NCBI GenBank assembly: GCA_013265495.1
Contig: MU057947.1
Coordinates: 1,002,048-1,066,047, forward strand
Direction of reading: 5' to 3'
DNA from: Vicugna vicugna
Taxonomy: Eukaryota
DNA length: 64,000 nucleotides
This document shows, piece by piece, positions 12,701-23,625 of this stretch (position 1 is its first letter; every line of letters begins with the position of its first letter). The notes beneath the pieces were generated by a model. The model did no database searches and was not told where the DNA came from. It saw nothing but the letters and a program-made list of their open reading frames with translations. A program made the position numbers and the translations under genes.

Positions 12701-14294
12701 GCATGCAAAGTTGAGTTGACCTCTGCAACAGCTGTAGTGTATTTGAAGCGCTTGGCACAGCTAATCATTACCAGCCTCACTGCAAGGAATTACATAACTG
12801 GCCTATCCCACGGCCAAATCAGAAGTAAATATGAAAAGTGATTTCTGACTTAATTTTCGATTAAATCATTCTCTTAAACTTGACAATAGGCACTTGCTAC
12901 CAAAATTCAATTTTTCTTTCCTAAATAAAAGTAACCTGGTTCTTTGCAGGTAAATTCATTTTTTATACCACATTTCAGATGCTGAGTTCTAGGAACGGGC
13001 ACAAGTTGACGCCTCCTTCACCAAAATGGGTGACCTCAAAGACAAGGTCTTATAAGTAGGAACCCCACTCTGGTTCAGGACTCTAGGGGCTTTTTCATAG
13101 AGCTTTTGTCCGATATTTACAGATTTGGAAGACGTGAGTCCAGTCAGCTTCAGGGGCAGTCGGGGACCCAGCGTGGAGGGCGTGCGCGCGTGGTCGCCTC
13201 TTCCCGGCCCACCTGAGGTCGCAGCGTGCACTGAGGAAGCTCTGGTGCATTTAAGTCACTTTGCAAGGTTCCTGGGCTGGCAGCTGGTGTTTGAACCAGG
13301 AAGGACACCTGCCGCCTGCCCTGGATACTGTGCTTTGGGCACCATGACAGCTCCAGCCAGAGCGCCACCAGAGGCTGGGCTTCCAGAACGACAGGATTTC
13401 TACAGCCGAGTCAGAAGCCTTGTGGGTTTTTAAAAATTAAGTGGCAGGACTCAGCACTTATGACTAAAAGGGCCTCTCCTGTGCTCCTCCACCTTTATCT
13501 AAATGGTTATCATTTGTAGATGGTTAGTTTTTTAAACCATCTCCTAAACACATTCTGAGTAAGTTGTAAATTTCCCATATGAACCCCTCGAGAGAGAGCC
13601 TGACCTTTTTCGGGGTTGTCTGGGGGATGCTCCCACATGGCCTGTCTCCAGGAGCCAGTGCTGTACACAGGTGCAGCCCAGCTTTCGAGCCAGGGCCTTG
13701 AACCTGGTCATGGAAGTCTCTTCAGGAGGAAGAGAAGCTTGATATTTTCGTAGGAGCTGAAATAGTGTTTTATGCTATTGCTCTGTGTTTTGCGTTTTAA
13801 AGAAAAGCCATGACTTAAAACAGGAGCTTGAATGCCCTTGGAGGGCCCCTGCCCCCCTCCTCCCTCTAAAGGAAGGTTCCAGGGCATTTGGCCTCTGTGG
13901 ATGCAGGTAGGGAGGAAGCACAGGCTGGTTCTGGGCCCGCAGTGGAGGTCTGGCTGGGACTGGAGCAATCCAGGGCACTTGGCCTTCGAGTTTCCAGAGG
14001 GTCTCACCTAGAATCATTGGGTCCTGCTGGGCAGGCGTGTCCCACCCTGCAGGGCACCTCTGGCTGTCAGCTCGGTGGAGGCGGAGCAGCAGAGCAGGAC
14101 GGCTGCGTCTGGGGCTTGAGGAGCAGGTGGCCTGTACAGTGCTGGGCCCTCCGGGTCGGCCTCCGTGCCAGACTTCTGCCCCCACCCTCCCTCCTTGAGC
14201 GAGTGTGCTCTGCACATTCCTGTCCAGAAAGAGAACCCTCCCGGGGCCCTTCCTGCCCCGGGCAGCAGCCTCCCGCATCACCCAGGTGGGGCCT

Positions 14295-15073
14295 GAGCGC
14301 TGGGCCCAGTGCAAAATGAAGACTCCGGCTTCTCGCTCAAACAGCAGATAAAAAGTGCCCGCAGAGGTGCTAAAGCATGAAGCTTTTTTCTTCCACGTTT
14401 TCTGTGTCATGGTCTTAAAATTTTGCTATTTAATATTCTAAGTAGAGCAAAAATTAAAAAATTAAAATTATTAGCATGAGTCCATTTTTCTTTGAATCAA
14501 GGATTTAACACTGTACGTGGAGGGCCTGAAATAACGTGGTTTTCAAAGCTTGTCGTGCACGTGTATCTTGCTACCAGGACGCTGGAAACGCTGCACAAAA
14601 TTAAACTATTTCCCTTCTTGATACGCTCACATCATCTTAGCACTGCCTTCTGCCAGAGCGTGAGGAAGGGCGGGGGTGGGGGGTGGGCGCTGTCTGTGCC
14701 TCCTGTCGGTGCAGTGTTTGGCCAGCGCGAGGGGAACCCGGCAGAGGGACAGACGGGTCCTGGCCACTGTGGCTCTTACACGGCTGTGGCCTTCTTCCTA
14801 CGTATGAACGGAAAGCGTGGCCTCTCGGGGCTGCTGGGTCAGAGGTGTTACACGCTCACCTGTGCTCGCCCTGCGTGGGAATGGGGTGGTAGGGACGCAG
14901 GCAGCCGCGCACATTGTGGGCATCTCCTGTCCAAATGCACGCTTCACTTACCAAACCCAAGTTCAAAGATACAATGATGAAGAATCTCAGGGTGATGGTG
15001 GCGCGTTAAACAGCCTGGGGCCTTTCTGAGTGCGGGTCCTACCTGTGGGACTGCACAGGCCCACGAAGCCAGG
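14295..15073 (-). mobile_element. MER45B-like hAT-Tip100 DNA transposon with both ends recognisable
   Basis: The left end gggcccagtgcaaaatgaa...tttgctatttaatattctaagtagag...aaattattagcatga and the right end ttaaacagcctggggcctttctgagtgcggg...gactgcacaggcccacgaagccagg match the reverse complement of the MER45 termini. Confidence 0.75.
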
Positions 15074-15314
15074 GGTGGAGTGTGTGTGTGGAGGGGGGAT
15101 GGCGCAGGGGGAGGTTAAGCCCTGACCCCTGTGTTCTTTCCTAGAGGTTCTGAAAGAACCCCTGAGTGTAACTGCTGTCCTGCTAATGAATCTTCTGTTT
15201 GAACTTGATCAGAACTGTTCACTAGGGAAACGTGCATATCGCCCTCAACAGTCACCGTGTCCTGTGAGTCCCTGCTCTGGGTGCTTTCCTGTGTTAGTGA
15301 TGTGGCGTAAGGAC

Positions 15315-15535
15315 AGCTAACATTGACCTGGTCCTTACTATGTGTCAGGTACTGTCCTATACGCTTGACACAGTCAATCACTTAATTCTCACAATACCTT
15401 GTGAGGTGGGGGCATTGTCAACCCCATTTTACAGACAGGGAAACTGAGGCACAGGTTAAGCAACCTGCTCCAGGTCACACAGTGCCAGGTGGAGTTGGGA
15501 CTTGGCCCTGGGTCACCAGGCTCCAGAGCTCATTT
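15315..15535 (-). mobile_element. MIR SINE
   Basis: MIR core in reverse orientation: ccccattttacagacagggaaactgaggcacaggttaagcaacctgctccaggtcacacag. Confidence 0.88.
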
Positions 15536-16229
15536 TATACATAGTAGAGTCACTGAATCAGCTCCTTCCTCCACGCCTGGGAGACCACAGGGCAGAGGGC
15601 TGGCCTGCAGATGGGCCCCAGCTGGCCCTAATGGGGCAGAGGGCTGGTGCAGGAGGTGGGGTGGGGGCCGGCTCCCTCTGCTTCCATCAGGGGAGGAAAC
15701 CCACGACCTCCCCGCCGCCCTCTGCTGAGCCTGCTGCTGCTGGAAGCACAGCGCCTGTTACTTAGAAACTGCTAAGGACCAACCACAGTGGGTGTCATGG
15801 GCGCTATTTCTGTCGGGGGAACAGATTCAGAAATTGGCCAGTCATTCAGCTAAGGGGGTGTTGAGCCAGGGTTCAAACCAGGCTCGCGATCCCTGCACCT
15901 CCTGGACGCAGCAAATGGTTGTTCTTAGCCAGCGCTGTGGTCAGGCTGGGTGCGGGCCAGGATGCACTCTGTCAGCAAGGCAGCCCCTCTGCGCAGGGAC
16001 GAGCCCCTTCCCACTCGTGGGTCCTGGGTGGGTGCTGCTGCCCTGGGGCAGCCTGGGGAGCGGCTGGCGCTCGGGGAGCACGCCTCCAATCCTCCGGGCA
16101 AACACTGAAGTTCTAAATCAAGCGAACAAACGTTACAATGTGTGCTGTCCCCTTATCATGACAAATAGACCCTGCTAATGACCTGGAGGACTACGTCTGA
16201 GTCAGGCCTTGGAGTGCTGTTCTGGGTCA

Positions 16230-17650
16230 GGACAGACCGCCCCGCCCGCCCCTACCCCTCTCTCCCCGTCTTGTTTCTCCCCCCAACCCTGTTTCTCTTC
16301 GCCTCCTCGAGGGCCTGGGTGCACGGGGCGGGTGCCCCAACCGGGACACGCGGGCCGGGGCTGCCGGCCGCCCCTGGGGCAGGTGCGCGCCCCCGGGCGG
16401 GGCTGGGCGGGGCGGGGGGAGGCCGCGCGGGGCACGTGCTGAGCACGCGCGGGCCAGACTGCGCAGGCGCCCGGCGCGCCCCTCCCGGAGGGCTCGGTGC
16501 CTGAGTGCCAGCTTTGTGGAGGGGTGGGCCCAGCGCACCCCCTTTCTGGAAAGGTTGGCTCCGGGCACTTCCCCTTCTGGAGAGGTAAGTCTGGGTGCGC
16601 CCCCTTCTGCAGGCGAAGGGCCCAGTGCACCCCCTTTCTGGTGGGCCCGGCCTGGGCGCGTCTTCTCACTCCGGCAGACGCGCAGCGCGTGAGCCTGGCC
16701 CGGGGCGCCGTGCTGGGGAGGACGCGTGCCAGACCAGCCCTGGCGCAGATGCGGGGCTCGCGAGCCCTGCCTGGCTCGGGCCCCCGCCCCCTGCGTGCCA
16801 CAGTCGTGGGGTCTACAGGGGTGCCCCTCCACCTCCAGCTCTAGAGCCAGGTGACGGCAGGAGACGCCCAGGGCCCCGCGTGACGCTGAGCTTTCCAACC
16901 CCCGCGGCCTGGCGAGGCCCGGGTGGCCTCGGAGGGACCAGGCTGGGGCGCGGACTGTCTTAAGCGGAAAGAGGTCCTCTAGGACCGCTCAAGTGTCAGT
17001 CCTGAGGAATGCAGGACGGCCCAGGCCGCTGCTCTCGCTCTCTGGCCACGACTGGGTCGTAGAGGTCCCCGCCAGCTTGGCGCACGGCTGGCCCCAGGGA
17101 TGGCCTCTAGGCGGGCCGCGGACCTCCCTAGCGGGCAGAGACGGCACGCGTCCACGAGAGGGCGCTGCTCACCGCGCTCGGGACCGGCCCGCGCCGCCTG
17201 CATGGGCGGCCGCTGGGCGCCAGGGGGAGCGCGAGGACCGCGGAGCGCTCAGGAGCCGGCCCGCGGGTCCCCGAGCGCGCGCCGGGCGGTGGGGGGATGG
17301 TCCCGGGCGCCCGCGCACCTGTGCAGGTGACACCTGTCACTTACGTGGCCTTTTAGATGAAGTGCTGGTCAGGCGTTTTGTAAGACGTGTCTCTGCTGGA
17401 GTCCGTCTGAGGGTTTTGTGGTGAGGAGACGGGGCCGCGGTGTCCTGGCGAGACGACCAGGGAGGCCGGGGTCCTGTGCCGCACCCTCCGGGCTGGCGCC
17501 GGCGGCGGCGTGTTGCTGCAGGTGCGGAGCGCCATCACCTGGCCGGGGGAGGGCGTGTCTGTCAGACCCCCCCCTCCTCGGGGAGGAGGTCGCTCCGCGG
17601 GCCCACCCGTAGGGGCGTCGGCAGGGAGGGCGAGCAGTAAGCCACCTGGA
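16230..17650. promoter_or_regulatory. Orphan CpG island with promoter-like motif cluster (GC boxes 16395-16415, E-box CACGTG 16433-16438, NRF1-like TGCGCAGGCGC 16460-16470)
   Basis: Very high GC and dense CpG/CGCG over ~1.4 kb, well above the flanks. Motifs read directly; promoter function is inferred. Confidence 0.7.
16526..16648. repeat. Degenerate ~31-bp tandem repeat, 4 copies (core gcaccccctttctgg)
   Basis: Units: gggcccagcgcaccccctttctgga / ggctccgggcacttccccttctgga / ctgggtgcgcccccttctgca / gggcccagtgcaccccctttctgg. Confidence 0.65.
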
Positions 17651-19466
17651 GCCTTCCCGCATGGAGGGCTGGGGAGATCTGCCTCTTCCCTGCCTTTGTG
17701 TGTTTTCCCAGCCCTCACTAGTCGGCACGGACCCCGGCACGGACTTCACGCTCCCAGAGGAGGAGGGGGTGTGGCTGCAGGTGCGGTGAGGCGGGTGGCT
17801 GTACACAGCCTCTGTTCTGTGGGTCCCTGTGCTCGTGTTTGGCATGTTTCACGTGAGGTTTCCAGAAGACGAGGTGACGGTGATCCAGGGCCTGAACGGT
17901 CGCCGTCCCTGCGGTGCCCCCGCGGCAGCGGTGGCTGGGCTGCCCCGCTCCCTGCGCCTGCCCCCGTCTGTGCTCACGTCCAGGGCTCCTGGGGCAGACC
18001 CGGCAGCCCTTGGCATCCAGAACCTGCCCTGCTCAGCTCACACAGGCTGAGGGCGGGTCTGGGACCCGCTGGACCAGGGCCCTGGCCTCCCGGAGGCCCC
18101 CACTGAGCCCGCGCACTGCCCTGCCCTGTGTGTGGAGGGCCGTGTGGTTTAGCACGGTGCTGGGAGGCACCCACGGGCACTCTGCTCCCCGCCGAGCTCT
18201 GTGGTCAGATCTGTGATTTGTCCCCAGATGGGACTCCTAGCCCAGGACTGGACTGTGCCCACAGCCTGAGCGAGGCATGTCTGTGGGGGCCCGGCCCCTC
18301 TCCTGAGCCTGCCCCGCGTGCCCGCCCCGCGTACCTGGACCGCCACCCGCCTGGGCTGAAGGATAGAGGCTCATTATCTTGTCTGTCTTGGGGGAAGATA
18401 CTAGCTTGGCAGTTAATAAAGGATTTTAATTAAGGAGGGAAGAATCATTTTGGCAAACTAGCCTTGTTCCCAAACTCAAATAACCTGTCAGAGTTTTAAG
18501 TTTAGTTCATTTCCATCTCAGCCTCTGCTGTCTTGGGGGAAACTCAGCCCAGAGCCTGGGGTGATGCTGGGCCCCCCAGGGGAAGCGGGTTCCCTCTCCT
18601 GTCCCTTCGATAGCCAGGGCAGCCACCCCATGCTTGCTTCTCCATGCTGCCCCCCCGCGCCATGCACCCACTGATCCTGTCTGCTAACCCCTCACCGGGT
18701 CGGGCCCCCTCTCCGCGTGCCAGCCGGTGGGACTTCGACAAAACTTCTGGAGATGACTGTAGGCTCCCATGCGACTGTGAGACATAGCAGAGAAGCCCCA
18801 GGGACCCTCACCCGGCTCCCCCGGGGGAGCGTGGTGCAGCGTCACAGCCGGCATACGTGACCGTGCGACCCCCTAACCTCCGTGAGATCACAGCGCACGT
18901 GTGTGTGGGCACATGCGCGTGTTAGTTCTCTGCAGTTTACCACGCGTGTGAAGTCATGCACCCGCCTCCGCTGTCAGGACACAGAGCAGCCCGGTCACCG
19001 CAGGGCCCCTCCTGCTGCCCTTCTGTGGCCACAGCCTCCTCCCCGCCCCCCACCTGGCCAGTGGGGTCTTTTCTAACGCATCGCTCGTGGTCCCCAATTC
19101 TCCCTTAGTCTCCTGACCCTTGACCTTCTGCGGCTCAGCGCAAGGGCTCTTGGTGATGGTGAGAGATGTGGCTCCTGTCTTGAAGCCGGCTGCCTGCATG
19201 GGGCTCTGTCTGTTCCTGTGGTTCTTCCCCTGTGCCCAGAGCCCCCGTCACCCACTTCACGTCGCCTCCCGCGCACAGCCCGCACACAGCCTGCACTCAG
19301 CCCGCACTCAGCCCGCGGTGGGGGGGATGGGGTGCTTCCCGGGAGCCTCTCGCATCTCTGCTTCTGTCTCTCTGTGTCCCTCCCTCCCCTCCTCCCTCCC
19401 CCTTCACTGCTGCACCCCTAGCCTGGTGTGAGCCAGCCCCCTGCTCCCTCCTGCCTCTTCTGAGCC

Positions 19467-19950
19467 TGTGGCCTGGGAAAAAAAAGCAAGTATAACCTAA
19501 AAAGAGAGTTAGCTTCACTTGGCACACGGTTCTGAGGACTTAAGTCAAGACTTAAGCCCAGGATGACAGCCTCTCAGGCGGCTCCGGAGAGGCCGGGAGG
19601 AGCCAGGATACACGGGAGTTTTTACCACAAAGACCAGGCAGTCGGAACATCAAAAGATGGCTGTTAAAGAGAGAAAGCCAGGCGTCTCAAGGAATTCAGT
19701 GCTTTTCTGTGCATGTGAAGATGCAAAGGTCTGGGCTCACAGGAATCCTTCCTCTGATCTGCACCTGAGCTGCCGGGACCAGTGTCCTGTGCTTTCCCGT
19801 CCTGCGTCCCCTCGGGGGCACCGCTGGGGGCCTCCTCCTGGTCTCCATCCTGAGTCCCCTGCGCTCACTGTTGGGGTGGGGCAGTGGCTGGTGACCTGCT
19901 GGCCACAGCGTTTTTGTTTACTGTTAGGCAGGCAGTATTTTTCATTCACA
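19467..19950 (-). mobile_element. ERV1-class solo LTR (cetartiodactyl type) with 4-bp target-site duplication AGCC
   Basis: TGTG...CACA termini, flanked by agcc at 19463-19466 and 19951-19954. The internal sequence (gacagcctctcag, ggaggagccaggata, gaacatcaaaagat, gaagatgcaaaggtctgggctca) resembles an ungulate ERV1 LTR. Confidence 0.85.
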
Positions 19951-20284
19951 AGCCCAGGCACCTCTGTATGGGGACATTGAACATGGGATGTGGGGACATG
20001 GGGGCGTGTGCCTGTCTCACCTCCTGCTCCCTCCTCCTCCCACACCGGGACCCACCAGCCCCTGGGAGTCCTCCTCCTCTCCCCGCTCTGTCCCCCACTC
20101 CTCCTCCTCCCCCACGCACCTCAGTGCCCCTGGTCCATGACTGGCCCTCCTATGTCTGCTGCCGGCCAGGGGGTCCGGGCCTCTTACATACGTGGGGTAC
20201 GTGGGGTACATGGGGTTGCCGGGGGCTGGCTGGCCTTGTGGGGTCCCTCATCTTCCCCCAGCCAGCCTGGGTCACTGTGGTCAC

Positions 20285-20617
20285 AGGGTCAACTGTTGCC
20301 AATTTTTATGGGCTCGGTGGCTTCATATGCTAATAAGTGGAAGGACCAGTCTAACGACCCTGGCGAAGGGGCTGGGATTCCCAGGAAGTTGGCCATTTTC
20401 CACTCTGACCTTTTGTGGCCAGCCTTGGGACTGCTGTGGTGCCTGTGGGCGTGTTATTCACCATGTTAATACAGTACAATGGGCGTGTAATGAAGTTCAA
20501 GGGAGTCAGATCTCCCACCATCTTGAGCCTCAAGGCCCACTGGGGGTTGACTCCTCCGCCATCCCGATGTTAATTGTTGTTCCTTGAATGGCTGTGCCCT
20601 GCCCCCTTCCTGTCTCA
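20285..20617 (-). mobile_element. ERV1-class LTR fragment
   Basis: Ends in cccttcctgtctca (TGAGACAGG on the - strand). Shares the gtgggcgtgt...taatga block with the LTR at ~56 kb. Left boundary uncertain. Confidence 0.6.
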
Positions 20618-23299
20618 GTGTGGGCCCTGAAGTCGGGGGAGGTCCCCTGGTCCGCACATTCTCTGTCTGTCCCAAACCCTCTGTGTCGCCTGGAATCAGT
20701 GGGGTTTGTTACTGCTTTGAAGTGGACGACGCCTCGCAGATTTAGGTAGAAACAAGATGCGCCGGGCCAGTGCTCTGTCCCCGTCAGGGGCACGCTCCAC
20801 GGTACTGTTGCATAAACATCTGTATGAAGCCCCGAGTCCTCCTGAGATGCCCTTGGACTTTTACTTGCTAATTTCTGGAAGCCCAGATGACAAGGAGGTG
20901 ACCCTGCCCCAGGACTGGGCTCCAGGTGGGGTCCTGGAGCGTGTAGCCTGGGTGACCCTGGCCGCCCTTCCCAGCTCTGACTGCTGGGCTGTGGCTCAGG
21001 TGGTGAGGCAGAGGCACACGTCCCATGTCCCCACGTCCCATGTTCAGTGTCTCCTGCTGGCTGCGCCCGAGCCCTGGTGGCTGTGTTGTTGCAGCTTGCT
21101 TTGTACAGTGCGCTGCTCTCCAGTCTGGACTTCACTGAGAAAGGAGACTTCAGAGCTTTATGAAAGTCCACATGCCCCAGAGGGATTTACAGGTCTGGGA
21201 GGTAGAAATCAGTGACACTTTGCTCTGATGGTGTTCGAGTTGCTTCCTGCCTAGAGGGATGTCAGATTTCAGAGTATCTGCGTATCAGTGGGGCCGGCTG
21301 TTCTGAGACATCAACTCCTGTGTTCACTTCCGCCCTGTTTCCTTGCCCCCTGCAGCAGGTGTCTGCCTCCGGAGCGTCTGTGCCTGGGGTTGGGGAGGCA
21401 GAGGAGGCCCAGTCCCACTTCCTGGGCTCTGGTCCTCCTTCACTTATAGATGGGGTCGGGCCGGGGGAGGAAGGGGCTTGGTTGGGGGGTGGATGAGAGA
21501 GGGGACAGGGAAGGGGAGAAGGGGAAGCTTCTCTCAGTGACACCCTTCCCCGTCGGGGGTCTGAGAGAACCCGGTGGGCCCCTGGGATGGTGGTGGGACT
21601 CCAAGGAGGAGAGACACGGAGGGAGGTGGGATGAGGGGAGGTGGGAGCAGCTGGACCCCTTCTCGAGGCTCTCCCGGGGTAGGGTGGGGCTGTGGCCCTG
21701 GGGGCTCCTTCCCACCCCCCGCCACGTCTGGGCATCGTGCTGCAGAGCACAGGCCACGTGTGCTGAGCCTCGGAGGGCCCGGCTCTGCAGTGAGATGTGG
21801 GCAGCCCACGGGGAGGAGCCACTCCATGTTGTTGGGGTGCTGAGCAGGTGGCCTGCCGGGCGGGATGCCCTTGGCCGCAGAGAACAATGCCCCTGGGGTT
21901 CATGATTCTTACAGCCTGGGACCTGTGGGGGCCCCCGAGGGGCACATGGCATCCCTGGGGACCGGGTCATGAACCGCCATCATCATTGTCCCCTTGTAAC
22001 TCTTTCATATGGGAAACCTTTTTCCTGTGCCCAGTGGCCCTCTATACATTGGTCAGACAGGAGACGTGGCCCCAGAATCCACCCCTGGTGGAGAGGAAGG
22101 GACCCATGAAGGCGAGGCCCACCTCTCTGGTCAGACCCACTGTCCAGTGGCCTGTGCTGGCCTAAAGCGTTGGGAGCATCTGTGCACAGGGCTGGGGGGT
22201 GCTCCTGTCACTCAGAGGTGAGGGTGACATGGGGACTGAGGCCAGGGGAGGAGGGCAGCTCATCCAGGGCCTCCCAGGGAGCGGATGGTGGAGCTGCGCG
22301 GAGACGGGACACCCCACGCACAGCAGCACAGCCTGCGCCGAAGGGTGCCGTGGAGGATGGGGGATGGGATGATGGGTCCCAGCATGTCCACGTGGATTGA
22401 TGGAGTGAGGACAGAGGTGAGCGGGCCCGCCCCCGGGACCCTCCTGCCTCCTTGGAGCTTCCAGCTTCGTCTGCACAGGACACACCAGAGAGGCCGCGGG
22501 CACACCAAGGGCTTGGTGCAGGGAGGTCACGCGCCCCCTCCTGAGCCCTCAGCCTCTGCACCGCTAGCGCACGTAGGACTGGGGACATCTGCGTGGGGCC
22601 GGGACCTGAGTTACCCGTCTGTGCGAGTCAGGGTCCGTTTACCGTGGAGGTGGTTTTACTCAGGGGTTTCCCGTTCAGTGCTCCACAGGGTTTGGGAATA
22701 AACGGCCCTCCCCCGCCGCCGTGCTCCCTCCAGGCTGCGCGCCTCCCAGTCCGCTGCGGGCGCCCGTGTCGGGCGAAGTGTCCTGTTTGCCCGGGGGCCC
22801 TGCAGCCTCTGCAGCCGGCAGCTCGTTCCCGAGGAGTCCCGGCGGGCCCTGGCAACGGGCAGAAGGGCCCCCCCCCCCGTCAGCGTGGCACGTGGCCCCA
22901 GAGCCGCACGGGGCCCCTGGAACGGGTGAGCGGGGACGAGCGCCATCTTTCAGAGCTGGCTTCTCCTTCCAGTGAGCGTCACGTCCCGAAGCTTCGTTAG
23001 GAGCAGCCTAGGTCTCCGTCTGCTTCTGTTACTTTGAAAGCTGCTCTCAGGGCACGTGCGGAGCGGCCCCAGAGGACAGGGCCGCTCACCAGGCACGAGG
23101 AGGAGAATCCAGCCCGCGGTCTCGGCCAACGCGCCTGCCGCCCAGCCCGCAGGCCGGCCTCTCCCACTGGGCCCTTCTGGCCTTGAGGCAACCTCAGAGG
23201 CTGGGAACGGCTTTCTGTTTTTAAAAACCCGCATGCCCACCTGCAGTGGACTGTTGCTTGGCATTAGAAGGGGGTTCCGACACCTGCCACAAGTGGATG

Positions 23300-23625
23300 G
23301 ACCTTGTGGCGGTGTGCTGGGTGATGTCAGCCGGCACCCAGGGACAAACACCAGATGACTCTGTGTTTAGGAAGCGTCTCGAGTAGCCAAAGTCGCAGAG
23401 GCAGGAAGTAGGCGGTGGGTGGGGTGGTGGGCGCCAGGGGCCCCGGGGGGAGGGGTCGAGGAGCTGGTGTTTAACGGGGGCAGTTTCAGTTCTGCAGGAC
23501 GGGGAGTTCTGGAGATGGGGGGTCGTAGTGATGGTTGTCCAGCACTGAGAAGTCCTTAATCCTGACTGTGTGCTTACAAAATGGCAAATTTTATGTTCTG
23601 TGTATTTTATCATCATTGACAAGAT
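23300..23625 (+). mobile_element. Old L1 (L1MB-like) 3' end fragment
   Basis: ggacaaacaccagatgactc...tttaacgggggcagtttcagtt...gagttctggagatgg...gtgatggttg...aaattttatgttctgtgtatttta is typical of the L1MB 3' UTR. Confidence 0.75.

Noticed and set aside
16202..18106. Many overlapping 140-223-aa ORFs on both strands across the CpG island
   Set aside because: Stop-codon depletion from extreme GC content; Arg/Gly/Pro/Ala low-complexity translations in several frames at once.
20530..21970. 213-aa and 227-aa ORFs on the - strand next to two LTRs, considered as possible ERV gag/env
   Set aside because: No retroviral motifs (no CCHC knuckle, YxDD or CKS-17-like segment). The LTR at 19467 has its own TSD, so it is solo.
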